Of a stretch of 64,000 bases of DNA, positions 9,935-19,063 are shown in pieces. The notes under the pieces were generated by a model, which saw nothing but the letters and a program-made list of their open reading frames with translations, was not told where the DNA came from and searched no databases. The translations under genes were made by a program, and so were the position numbers. Each line of letters starts with the position of its first letter. Positions within the stretch are counted from its first letter, which is position 1. The stretch is taken from sequence record MN871449.1; one strand, 5' to 3'.

Positions 9935-12109
9935 ATGACCTCCTCCATTATTCTAGAGAATGACTCGCGTCCTATTCTCCACCTTAGCGATTGGGATTAT
10001 CATCCCTCTGCTATCCCGGATTGGGATACGCCAAACAAAGAATTCCTACGTTTTGTTGGTGTCTTACAAAACATGGGAATTAAAAACCACCACTGGCCGA
10101 TTGCACTTTTAAACCCGGACCTTGTCGGTGTCGATCCTTTCAGTCCCGATCTGACTGAAGAACAGATGATCGCAATTAAGATCGAAGCGGAATATAACAT
10201 CTGGTATTATCTCAGAGAGTGTCTTCGCGTTCCGCCGGTTGTCGGTGAAGAAGGTGATCTTTTAAGAGCAAACCGCGCGAACATGTCTTTGATCTGGTCG
10301 TACATGAACCATATCGATTACCTGTTGATACAACCCCGTCAGACTGGTAAGTCACTTATCTCTTATTGTCTTTACTCCTGGCTGCTGTATATGCGATATA
10401 CAAAGGCCCGTATCTCACTCGTGACCAAATCAGACGAATTACGTTCTGAAACAACCACGATGATACGTCGTATCCGTGAATACTTGCCACCTTATCTGAC
10501 AGTAACAGACCGTTCAGACACGATTGCTAACGAGAAGGTGACCTATAACACCCGTGGTAACTTGTTTGCGGTAGCAGTATCTCGTTCTGACCCAGGTGGT
10601 GCGAATAAAGTTGGCCGTGGTAACACCTCGCCTACGGTAGGCTGGGATGAAACCCCCTTCATCAACTATATCGAAATTGCGTTTAAAGCAGCAATGCCCG
10701 GTATGAACGCCGCGATTCAAAAAGCGAAAGCGAGAAACATGCCCTGGGGCAGTATCATGACCACTACCGCGGGTGACCAAACGTCTCGCGATGGTCGCTT
10801 TGTTTTCAAAATGTGGAACGAAGCTGCTCGGTGGTCTGAGCACTTTTACGACGCAGGGAGTCAAGAAGAACTTCGTGAGATCGTTCAGCGCAATCTGAAA
10901 TCCTCTGATGCGAAACTCTTAATCAACGGAACGTGGAGTCACAACCAGGTTGGGGTCTCTGACGAACAGCATTACGAGAACATGCGTCGTGCTATGGCAC
11001 GTGGCCCAGAAGCAGATCGTGACTTCTTTAACATCTGGACCGCAGCGGGGACGAACAACCCGATTGATAAAGAGCTGTTAGCAAAAGCCATTGCCTCACA
11101 GCGTTATTCCGATTATTCCGAAATCTTCAGGAACGGTTACATTGTCCACTGGTATGTCTCCAAAGAATATCTGGATGCAAATCGTAAGACGATGACCTTT
11201 GTCATTGGGGCCGATACCTCAGAAGGCGGTGGACGAGATGCGCTGTCGTTGGTGTTCCTTGATCCTTATACTGCGGACGTTATCGGGATTTCAGTAATCA
11301 ACGAAGCACTGATTCCTAAATACGCTGAGTTCTTAGGTGATCTGTTAATTTCTTATCCTAAGGCTGTCTTCATCCCGGAACGTAAATCCACCGGACAAAC
11401 GTTTATTGATTACCTCTGTCTGATATTGCACAGCAAGGGAATTGATCCGTTCAAACGAATCTTTAACTTAATTGTCGATAATAAGTCAGTGGACACCGCG
11501 GCGTTCCTTGAGCTGCAGGGTGACATGAACCGTCGTGATGACGCATTCTATATTCGCCGTAAAACGAAGTTTGGTTTCTGCACGGGAACCACCACCCGAC
11601 GTCAGCTTTACGAAACCGTTCTGAAGATCGCCATGCAGAAAGGGGCTACACGTCTTCATGATAAAATTCTCATTGCGGAATTGACCGGGTTGGTCGAGAA
11701 GAACGGAAGAATTGACCATCCACCGGGTGGACATGACGATACCGTTATCGCCTACCTTCTGACCGTCTATCTGTTATTGTACGGATCGAACTTAGACTAT
11801 TACGGGTTAGATTCCAGAAGGGTATTGACGGGGGCAGTAGATGCGTTGGCAGGGAATGCGCAGGAAATTGACGAGCAGCAGGAAGAGATTGATTTCCTCC
11901 ATCGTGAAATTGAAAAGACATTGTCAGCCATCGAAAATGCCGATAATCCAATTATCACTATGAAGCTTGAGCGACGTCTCAATTACCTTAACGAGTGTTT
12001 ACAAGAGGCGGGTGCGGAACCGATTAACGTCGCAGGTAAGATCGAGGAGATGAACGCTAATCGTCACGCTGACTTCCAAAAATACATGGGGACGAATTTC
12101 TATAGGTAA
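9935..12109 (+). CDS. terL: Terminase large subunit
   Basis: Walker A IQPRQTGKS, Walker B VGWDE, coupling motif TTTAG, nuclease GADTSEG...D and HDD. Start moved to ATG 9935 (GAGGG upstream) from TTG 9917. Confidence 0.92.
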   Translation: MTSSIILENDSRPILHLSDWDYHPSAIPDWDTPNKEFLRFVGVLQNMGIKNHHWPIALLNPDLVGVDPFSPDLTEEQMIAIKIEAEYNIWYYLRECLRVPPVVGEEGDLLRANRANMSLIWSYMNHIDYLLIQPRQTGKSLISYCLYSWLLYMRYTKARISLVTKSDELRSETTTMIRRIREYLPPYLTVTDRSDTIANEKVTYNTRGNLFAVAVSRSDPGGANKVGRGNTSPTVGWDETPFINYIEIAFKAAMPGMNAAIQKAKARNMPWGSIMTTTAGDQTSRDGRFVFKMWNEAARWSEHFYDAGSQEELREIVQRNLKSSDAKLLINGTWSHNQVGVSDEQHYENMRRAMARGPEADRDFFNIWTAAGTNNPIDKELLAKAIASQRYSDYSEIFRNGYIVHWYVSKEYLDANRKTMTFVIGADTSEGGGRDALSLVFLDPYTADVIGISVINEALIPKYAEFLGDLLISYPKAVFIPERKSTGQTFIDYLCLILHSKGIDPFKRIFNLIVDNKSVDTAAFLELQGDMNRRDDAFYIRRKTKFGFCTGTTTRRQLYETVLKIAMQKGATRLHDKILIAELTGLVEKNGRIDHPPGGHDDTVIAYLLTVYLLLYGSNLDYYGLDSRRVLTGAVDALAGNAQEIDEQQEEIDFLHREIEKTLSAIENADNPIITMKLERRLNYLNECLQEAGAEPINVAGKIEEMNANRHADFQKYMGTNFYR

Positions 12110-12127
12110 TCGAAAACAATAGACGAA

Positions 12128-12144
12128 TATATCACTCTATTGAA
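12128..12144 (+). promoter_or_regulatory. Phage early promoter motif
   Basis: TATATCAC-TC-TATTGAA; identical to the copy at 46623; resembles the phiKZ early consensus TATATTAC. Confidence 0.7.
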
Positions 12145-12153
12145 ATACGCAAC

Positions 12154-12185
12154 AGAATGTCGGCGTTATTGCTGACATTCTTTTT
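12154..12185 (+). terminator. Terminator-like hairpin between the promoter motif and gene 12212
   Basis: AGAATGTCGGC-GTTATT-GCTGACATTCT (one G-U pair) then TTTT. Confidence 0.55.
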
Positions 12186-12211
12186 ATTATCCACACTAAA
12201 AGGAGAACGAC

Positions 12212-13258
12212 ATGGCAACGATAGAAACGTTTGTTTACAGTACCGTTTACGATAAGAAAACAGGGACTGATTTTCACTACGAAGGGGTTTTGGAGATCAG
12301 TAAAAAGGATCGTCTTTTTGGTTATCGTAACGAAAACGGATTTATCTTTACGGACAAGGACGACAATATTGTTTTACGGTTTAGCACTAACCCTACCTTA
12401 GAAATGAAACACCTTGTCTTCGTTACCGAAGGCGGCGATACTACGCGGTATCATTTCACTCAGGAAACGAAAAGCCCGTTTAGTTTCCTGGCGATCCAAC
12501 ACGCTTTCCAAGGGTTTATTGGTCAGAAAGCGCGAGCACGGTTTATGCTCAACTGTCGTTTTAAAATTCATGTCATGCAGCGGACGTTGTTGATGAATGG
12601 TCGCCCGATCGCAGTCGGAACTATGGCCGACGACAAGAGTACGTGGACCGGTGACTTTTACGGCCGTACCTGGCAGAAACAACTGGGTGAAGATTTTATC
12701 CTGTACATGCGGGAACACTTCGAATTAAGCTGGGCGCACAAAGTGGTTTGTCAACGCCGCGGTGAATACCAGTTTCTCCCGAACGTTGCCCTGTTCTTTG
12801 ACAGCACAACCGACCTTGTTCTAAAGCTGATTAATCGATCCAACGATAAAGACACCTGTGAAGGCTTCTACGTAGGGTCAATACTCGGTAAGGGGTTTGG
12901 TTACCATATCGACGGAAACGTCGAGAAAATCCCGCTGATTGATTCTTACATGCGAAAAGCAGTGGAAGATATCATCGGTTCACCGTTGAGCGAAGAAGAG
13001 TTTAAAACCGATCGCTTTATCACGGACGTCGAATACCGGGAAGATCAGGGGCGTTGGGTGTTAACTTCCAGCGTAGGTGATATTGCCTATATGGTGAAAG
13101 GCCCACGACCCGAGAACACCTGTGCGGTACGCAAACACGTCACCTGGAACTACAACGTCTTTGGACAGAGTATCGCTTCCATTCCGCTTCTGGAGAATCT
13201 TCTGATCGACGCATTCTATCGTGGTTATTGCCGACTGGCGAAACAAATCGGGTTATAA
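12212..13258 (+). CDS. Hypothetical protein (348 aa)
   Basis: AAGGAG ribosome-binding site, long ORF, ends at a terminator; no motif recognised. Confidence 0.8.
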   Translation: MATIETFVYSTVYDKKTGTDFHYEGVLEISKKDRLFGYRNENGFIFTDKDDNIVLRFSTNPTLEMKHLVFVTEGGDTTRYHFTQETKSPFSFLAIQHAFQGFIGQKARARFMLNCRFKIHVMQRTLLMNGRPIAVGTMADDKSTWTGDFYGRTWQKQLGEDFILYMREHFELSWAHKVVCQRRGEYQFLPNVALFFDSTTDLVLKLINRSNDKDTCEGFYVGSILGKGFGYHIDGNVEKIPLIDSYMRKAVEDIIGSPLSEEEFKTDRFITDVEYREDQGRWVLTSSVGDIAYMVKGPRPENTCAVRKHVTWNYNVFGQSIASIPLLENLLIDAFYRGYCRLAKQIGL

Positions 13259-13267
13259 CGAAAATAT

Positions 13268-13299
13268 AAAAAGAGAGGGTTACCCCTCTCTTTTTTTTT
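13268..13299. terminator. Bidirectional terminator
   Basis: AAAAAGAGAGGG-TTAC-CCCTCTC-T9 between convergent genes. Confidence 0.8.
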
Positions 13300-13302
13300 G
13301 GT

Positions 13303-14556
13303 TTAATTTTGGTAGTAGTTCATTGTCAGGGTACGCAGAATCAAATACAGAATAAACGATGTTCGTTCCGCAGAGACTGGCGTAGGTTCGCGTTTACCGG
13401 TGGCTGCACGCACAATCTTATCGCCTTCGGTTCTGAGGTACATGACCTCCGGTTCTTTGTTACGGGAGGCGTTCAATACCGCTTTGATGCTGCCGATTAA
13501 CTCGACGAGGTTGCGTGGGTTGATTCCCTTACCGTGAATAAAGTCGAAAGTATATTCGAGCGTTCTTTCCGTAAACTCAACCAATTGACGCGTTTCTTTA
13601 CTCTGCTTAACTTCTTTCCCACGGTTGGTGTTAAATAACGTTTCCGGGTTAATGACATGCAAGCTGGTATATTGCAACGTGGCAATTAACGCTTTTTTCT
13701 GCGAAGGGGCATTCTTTGTCAGAATATCCACTAACTCCAAACGTATAAAACTAGCCGGGTCAGTCATTTGTTCAAAGAGGTAACGCCGGTATTTCGGGAA
13801 GGCACGTTTAACGTCTCGCAGCTCGAGGTTACCCTCGACCTCAACCATACTGGAGACCGAGATAACTCGACCATCGTTTTCTCTGACCTGGTAATAGAGC
13901 GCCGTTAACGTTTTGATCACGGTTCGAATACGGGTCTGGATATCCGAGAGCATGTACTTGACAGCGTCGTCGTCAGTGAAGGTCTGGATCGTTTTCGCGT
14001 GGATGCCGTGAGGCTCAATAATTGACTGTGCGCGGGCCGTAATGAGTTTGCCCCAAGTCTTGTAGATCTTGAGGTCGAAGCGGTTAGTCATGGCCTCATA
14101 CGTCCGCAGTGCGATCTGTACGTCTGTTCCATGCGGGAAGTAACGGGTGATGATCCCGCAGATGAATTTAAAGTGGAGAATTCTTAACAGGTTAATCGCG
14201 GTTTCTTTTCGTTGTACCGCCGAGAGTTTACCACTGGTCATCGCACGATGGACGCAGTAGACGATCATCAAGTTAAAGGCGTCCGTAGTCACGATATGAC
14301 TTGGATCGATGCAATCCAGTTCGTCGATGTCAGCTTTCAGGTCATCGGGGTCGATTTTTAAAATGTCATCAAAGAACCCGTTGGTTTCGGTGTTTGTCCA
14401 ACGAATCCTGACGGTGCCGAGTAGACCGCTACCAAAGAAGTTTGCATGTTCGCCTTTGTTTTCGAAGGTCTTCGTGAAAACAGCGACATCCCTGGCAAAG
14501 CGACTATCGTAAACGACGTTCTTAAAACGATCGTCAAAAAGGTTTTTGATTTCCAC
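13303..14556 (-). CDS. Conserved chimallivirus virion protein (phiKZ gp32-like position)
   Basis: Helical protein of about 420 aa on the late strand near terL. Start placed at GTG 14556 (AAGGA 7 nt upstream); the track ATG at 14589 overlaps a TATG that may be a late promoter. Confidence 0.55.
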   Translation of the reverse strand: MEIKNLFDDRFKNVVYDSRFARDVAVFTKTFENKGEHANFFGSGLLGTVRIRWTNTETNGFFDDILKIDPDDLKADIDELDCIDPSHIVTTDAFNLMIVYCVHRAMTSGKLSAVQRKETAINLLRILHFKFICGIITRYFPHGTDVQIALRTYEAMTNRFDLKIYKTWGKLITARAQSIIEPHGIHAKTIQTFTDDDAVKYMLSDIQTRIRTVIKTLTALYYQVRENDGRVISVSSMVEVEGNLELRDVKRAFPKYRRYLFEQMTDPASFIRLELVDILTKNAPSQKKALIATLQYTSLHVINPETLFNTNRGKEVKQSKETRQLVEFTERTLEYTFDFIHGKGINPRNLVELIGSIKAVLNASRNKEPEVMYLRTEGDKIVRAATGKREPTPVSAERTSFILYLILRTLTMNYYQN

Positions 14557-14630
14557 AACAGTGTCCTTCAAAATTAGAATGGGTAACATAAAAACTTTCT
14601 AAGAGAATGAAATGCAGTTTTTTTGATGTA

Positions 14631-14647
14631 TATATAGCCAAGGTGAA
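14631..14647 (+). promoter_or_regulatory. Variant early promoter motif
   Basis: TATATAGC-CA-AGGTGAA; shares downstream GTGAAGAAGG and a leader hairpin with the chmA promoter at 33158. Confidence 0.45.
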
Positions 14648-14697
14648 GAAGGAAAGGTAAAGACCTTTCTGAATAACTAAGCTTAGAGGAAAAGAAA

Positions 14698-15375
14698 ATG
14701 GCTGACTTAAAAACAACCGTAGAAACGGCTAAAGATATTCTGGCATGGTTTGACACTGTAAAGGACACGGAAATTTCCCGGATTGAAATTGCTTACCAGT
14801 TGATTCAGCGCGCAGAGGTGTTCTACAACCTACCGTTAACCGAAGTGTTTATAATGAATAGCGCAGTGAGAAGGATGCTAATTTCTGTATCAACAACGCG
14901 AGGTTCTATTCGTGATTCAACACCATCTGGGGAAGAGTTAACCCTTATTGCGGCGTCTTCGATCATTGATGGATTGAAAGAAATTATTACGCTTTCAGAA
15001 GAACCGTTTGAAGTAGTTCGTCTCGAAGATACTCCTCAGGTAGATATCTACGGCACACCCGATAATTCTAAAGTCGTTGTTTTTGAAGACGCTGACACAA
15101 TCAACGATAAAGATGTCGCAGCATTACTCCGACTTTCGGAGCAAACCACCAACCACTCTATGTTTTCTACGGAGCCAAGTAATGGTTATGGTATTTCTGG
15201 TAGTCCGGTCATTGGTCTTTATGCAAATAAAGGACCTAGCGCCCCTGGCTTTGTAGATTTTGATGGCGATGTAATAAAAGCATATCGTCTCACGCTGTCG
15301 AGCCCAATTAAACGTGGTCCGGGTAAAGGTCGTATTCGCGTTGTAAGTCGCTTCATTTCCGTTTTCAACCAATAG
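14698..15375 (+). CDS. Hypothetical protein (225 aa), possible paralog of 22313..23134
   Basis: GAGGA RBS; shares D.D.I.D..VAA...E and G.YA....A.G..DF patterns with 22313. Confidence 0.75.
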   Translation: MADLKTTVETAKDILAWFDTVKDTEISRIEIAYQLIQRAEVFYNLPLTEVFIMNSAVRRMLISVSTTRGSIRDSTPSGEELTLIAASSIIDGLKEIITLSEEPFEVVRLEDTPQVDIYGTPDNSKVVVFEDADTINDKDVAALLRLSEQTTNHSMFSTEPSNGYGISGSPVIGLYANKGPSAPGFVDFDGDVIKAYRLTLSSPIKRGPGKGRIRVVSRFISVFNQ

Positions 15376-15384
15376 AGGTTAAAC

Positions 15385-15705
15385 ATGCGCTTTTCAAAAA
15401 TGAACTCCGTGGTCTTTCTCGAGAACGATATCGAATCAAACGACGTCCGCAGTATCGAGCTGATCTTTTCCCACGATGACGCCAACGCGCTGGGCGATCG
15501 CCTTCTCCTGCCCGGGGATTCGTACAACACCGTTGTATTAGTTCGTAAAGCAGACCATAGCGTCTACGAGGCGGCATTGAAGATACTGCAAACCTACGAC
15601 GACTACATCTTCACGCTGACCAATCATTACGTCGAACCCGCGAGCATCGTTTGCTTCACTATCGATGCGGGCGTCTTCAAACGGTTAGTTAAAAACATTT
15701 CCTAA
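15385..15705 (+). CDS. Hypothetical protein (106 aa)
   Basis: GAGG RBS, tightly spaced in the operon. Confidence 0.7.
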   Translation: MRFSKMNSVVFLENDIESNDVRSIELIFSHDDANALGDRLLLPGDSYNTVVLVRKADHSVYEAALKILQTYDDYIFTLTNHYVEPASIVCFTIDAGVFKRLVKNIS

Positions 15706-15746
15706 GACATTCTTTTACCTCAACAATTCTACCGGAGTATCCAAAA

Positions 15747-16136
15747 ATGATCACTTTCACTGATAAACAAACCCTCGCTATCACCGCTGCTCGCATCGCC
15801 GGTTTACTGAGAGCGCTTTACCACGAAACTGAATTCGTCGATACTCCGGCACAGATTCTTTTCGAAACCGAATACTACCCGCTTTATGCGCAGCTGCAAG
15901 ACATTGCCTTCGACCGTAAAGGTGATATCAAATGGCTGTTACTGAACGCCATTGAAAACACCAACGATAAATACCGTGACATCGAATGTTACAAAACCGA
16001 TCTGGGCTTTGGTATTCAGATTCGTAAAAACGTTCGCATCGAAGTTGCTTCTCGTCAGGAAGCATTGCGCCCAGGGAAAGAAGTTGGTTTCGATTTCCCT
16101 TCAGAAATTCGTATCAAAATGGCTGAAGCCGCTTAA
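15747..16136 (+). CDS. Hypothetical protein (129 aa)
   Basis: GGAG RBS; expression-type codon usage. Confidence 0.75.
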   Translation: MITFTDKQTLAITAARIAGLLRALYHETEFVDTPAQILFETEYYPLYAQLQDIAFDRKGDIKWLLLNAIENTNDKYRDIECYKTDLGFGIQIRKNVRIEVASRQEALRPGKEVGFDFPSEIRIKMAEAA

Positions 16137-16204
16137 TCCTATTTACACTTCCTTCGGTCGTTTGACCGAAGGACTATGCTAACTAAACCAATAAGGAATT
16201 CAAA

Positions 16205-16570
16205 ATGAACTTTACTCAGAACGTTGCCAAACAATGGGACTCAGCGAAAGAAAAAGAAAATACTATTGTCCCTAAGATGGTTCTTAGTCGTCACTACGCC
16301 AAAAAGCTCCGGGCGACTATCGCCGCTGACCTTGAAGAAAATCAGGGCGAAGATATTCTGGTCCGTGTCATCGATATTGACGACGGTCTTCTTCAGATCT
16401 GGTTAGGCAATCGTCACTACTGGAAGCTAACTCGCAGTCAGGCGTTTCGTTTGATGTTACGTTGCGAAGCTTTCTTAGCGAAACGTCAATCTGATCGACT
16501 GGTGATGTCTTTTAACCAAGTGCGTTTTTCTCAAATTCAGCTGATGGCGGTAAATAAAAATGGCCGTTGA
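16205..16570 (+). CDS. Hypothetical protein (121 aa), tandem paralog A
   Basis: AAGGA RBS; WKLTRSQAFRL...LAKRQ matches the next gene. Confidence 0.75.
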   Translation: MNFTQNVAKQWDSAKEKENTIVPKMVLSRHYAKKLRATIAADLEENQGEDILVRVIDIDDGLLQIWLGNRHYWKLTRSQAFRLMLRCEAFLAKRQSDRLVMSFNQVRFSQIQLMAVNKNGR

Positions 16571-16925
16571 GATTCAAGTTTACGGGTATCGAGATATGGT
16601 TATCGAGCCCCGTGAAATGAAAGCGCTCTATAACGCGCTGAATGACAAGCTAACCGACTCTATCAAAACCCCTGGTCATTTACTGACGTTGGAATTACCG
16701 ACGCTGAGAGAGCGTCTCATCGCTTCTGAGAACAATATCATCCGTATCTCCACGGGCGCTTACTGGGGGTTCTGGAAATGTGTCACGCGCAAAGAGATTG
16801 TCTGGGACTTAACCCGGCTACAAGCAATCAAACTGCGGGCGGTGCTGGAACGTGCGTTGGCGAAACGAAAACGGAGCCGTATTACTGTCAGTAAACGGTT
16901 TCTCGAGATCGTTCCGATCAGCTGA
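16560..16925 (+). CDS. Hypothetical protein (121 aa), tandem paralog B
   Basis: Overlaps the previous stop; WDLTRLQAIKL...LAKRK. Confidence 0.75.
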   Translation: MAVEIQVYGYRDMVIEPREMKALYNALNDKLTDSIKTPGHLLTLELPTLRERLIASENNIIRISTGAYWGFWKCVTRKEIVWDLTRLQAIKLRAVLERALAKRKRSRITVSKRFLEIVPIS

Positions 16926-16957
16926 AAAGAGAGGGGTTCGCCCCTTTCTTTTTTTTT
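16925..16957 (+). terminator. Intrinsic terminator
   Basis: AAAAGAGAGGGG-TTCG-CCCCTTTC-T9; one mismatch from the copy at 37300. Confidence 0.8.
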
Positions 16958-16978
16958 GTTTCAAATTGAATTAAAAAC

Positions 16979-16995
16979 TATATCACGTTATTGAA
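16979..16995 (+). promoter_or_regulatory. Phage early promoter motif
   Basis: TATATCAC-GT-TATTGAA, after a terminator and 24 nt before gene 17020. Confidence 0.7.
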
Positions 16996-17019
16996 TGTAC
17001 TAACTAGAGGAGTATTACC

Positions 17020-17427
17020 ATGGCCATTCGCCACTATGACGTTGCGGAACGTTTCCTTCGCTCTTTTGGATTCAGTGATGACTATATCGATCGGTTAATC
17101 CCTTCTGAGAAAAATCCAGAGATTTCTGACAATGAACTCTTTGAACGTCTCTCTCGTTACTTAGAATCCCCGAAACGCCGTCCGCTGCTCTTACGCATTA
17201 AAGTCTTACGGACGTTTGACGAACTGACGGAACCCGAGCAACGCCTACTGAAACGTTTTATGAAAAACCCGATGTTGTTCTGGTTAGGAGATCGTTTCGG
17301 TTTACGAGTGGATCGGTCATTGAAAGAGATTCGTCTCTTTAAGGAACAAATGGAACGGAACGATTTCAAACTTCCCGATTCGATGGTCAGTGAGATTTTG
17401 AAGGTAATCGCGTTGTACAAAAGTTGA
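17020..17427 (+). CDS. Hypothetical helical protein (135 aa)
   Basis: GAGGAG RBS; appears monocistronic. Confidence 0.8.
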   Translation: MAIRHYDVAERFLRSFGFSDDYIDRLIPSEKNPEISDNELFERLSRYLESPKRRPLLLRIKVLRTFDELTEPEQRLLKRFMKNPMLFWLGDRFGLRVDRSLKEIRLFKEQMERNDFKLPDSMVSEILKVIALYKS

Positions 17428-17460
17428 TTCATCGAAAAATAAATTTATTTATATTTATCT

Positions 17461-17580
17461 GTTGACCTTCGCACGGCGAAGCCTGTGCGTTAATTAGACC
17501 GTAGGTCCATCCTTAGAGTTATGACTCTAAAAGTCATAACGGTTAAGTAGTTGACCTTGACTTCGATTTGCAAAGTCACG
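17461..17580 (+). ncRNA. Candidate structured non-coding element (five consecutive hairpins)
   Basis: Stems at 17470-17489, 17497-17507, 17518-17540, 17541-17556 and 17558-17578 in a 200-bp ORF-free gap; GTTGACCTT repeated at 17461 and 17550. Confidence 0.4.
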
Positions 17581-17626
17581 TTACCTTCTCTTGATTTGTT
17601 AGACTAACCTTAATACGGAAAAGAAA

Positions 17627-18274
17627 ATGAGTAAACCAGAACTTAAAATCTTCCAGACCGGTAACTTCACGTTGGATAACGCTACGGAAACTTTGACCCT
17701 GACCGTTCCAATCAGTGCGGAAGAAACTCAAAACTTCGAGAACGTGCCACACCCAGGGAGCAAGTTATTGGACGAACCCGTTGTCTTCAGTAGTGTTATC
17801 GGTCAGTACGGTAGCGCAACCGCTATTGAGGAACTGAATGCAGCGGTAGGAGAGGATCACAAAGATCTCTTCTGGGTACTCTTTGAACTCTGTGCGACTT
17901 TCCCAACAGTGCAGCAGATTGCTCTTGATCTCACTCGCCCGGATATTCCTGCGGTGATGTTGAAGGTGAAAGAAGGCGTGCACAAATACGCATGGTGGCA
18001 TCGAGGAACAACACACATCTTCGTGGCGGCAGAAGTATTGTCATTGCCTGTCGATAACGTCGAGGGGAACAGTATACCGTTTAATCCGGGTGAGCTGCTG
18101 TACGCATTCAGTGTCGTCGCGGAACATATCCGACTCGGTACTACGCGTTTTGTTATTGGTAATCTGGTTGACCGTGAACGCGTCTATATCAGCTTCTTTG
18201 ATCACGAGATTGTCGATTTCCGGACGAATCTTGATTTCCCTTTGATGAAAGAGCGGGTGATTTCGGTACAATAG
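17627..18274 (+). CDS. Hypothetical protein (215 aa)
   Basis: Long ORF with upstream GGA; no motif recognised. Confidence 0.75.
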   Translation: MSKPELKIFQTGNFTLDNATETLTLTVPISAEETQNFENVPHPGSKLLDEPVVFSSVIGQYGSATAIEELNAAVGEDHKDLFWVLFELCATFPTVQQIALDLTRPDIPAVMLKVKEGVHKYAWWHRGTTHIFVAAEVLSLPVDNVEGNSIPFNPGELLYAFSVVAEHIRLGTTRFVIGNLVDRERVYISFFDHEIVDFRTNLDFPLMKERVISVQ

Positions 18275-18370
18275 TTCGCCTTTCTATAGTCAGGGTATGC
18301 CCGGTTACGTTGAGATACGTAACCAAGGGTTACCTTGGCTTTCTTTTGATTTGAATAGGAAATATGAGAA

Positions 18371-19051
18371 ATGCCAAACTATTTCTGGGCGCTTGTCCTT
18401 TGCCTGGTAAGCATTATTGCTACCCCAGCAACCGCATCTGTCTCGACTAATAGCGTAGGCTTTGCAAAGCATAGCGATACCTTATATCGAGTATCTCAAA
18501 AAACCGACGTTAAAATGATTGACTTGGTTACCATGGCTTCCATTGAAAGTACGATGGGCGCCGGTATGCACAATAAACACTCTTCAGCAAAAGGACTATT
18601 TGGTTTTACAGATCGAACGTGGCGAGCCACGGTAAAGAAGTACGGTAAACAGTACGGGGTCAAACCCGGAACCAGTGTAAAAAACTCACGTGCGAACACG
18701 CTTATGGCGGTAGCGTACATGAAGGAGAACAAAGAGTTTTTAGAGCGTTCACTCCAGCGTCAGGTCGGGATCAATGAAATCTACATGGCCCATCTGTTAG
18801 GACCCGGCGGTGCAGTGAAAATATTGAAGGCACGAAATGATCGGTTAGCGGTAAGGGTGGCAGGAGGCGCAGCAGGTAATCGCGCGTACTTCTACACTGA
18901 TAAAGGTAAACCCCGCACAGTTGCCGGATTCAAGCAATACGTCAACTCCGTCGTTTCAAATCACCGCAAGGCGTATAAACAGGAAGTCACGCTTTACGCG
19001 TTTCAGAACCAGTTACCTATAGCCCTTGCAGATAACCATTCACCTCGCTGA
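18371..19051 (+). CDS. Lytic transglycosylase (SLT/phiKZ gp144-like catalytic domain) with N-terminal signal peptide
   Basis: Hydrophobic leader FWALVLCLVSIIATPATA with an A-x-A cleavage site; ASIES (catalytic Glu), SSAKGLFGFTDRTW, and YMAHLLGPGGA. Confidence 0.8.
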   Translation: MPNYFWALVLCLVSIIATPATASVSTNSVGFAKHSDTLYRVSQKTDVKMIDLVTMASIESTMGAGMHNKHSSAKGLFGFTDRTWRATVKKYGKQYGVKPGTSVKNSRANTLMAVAYMKENKEFLERSLQRQVGINEIYMAHLLGPGGAVKILKARNDRLAVRVAGGAAGNRAYFYTDKGKPRTVAGFKQYVNSVVSNHRKAYKQEVTLYAFQNQLPIALADNHSPR

Positions 19052-19063
19052 ATAAAATACTCC

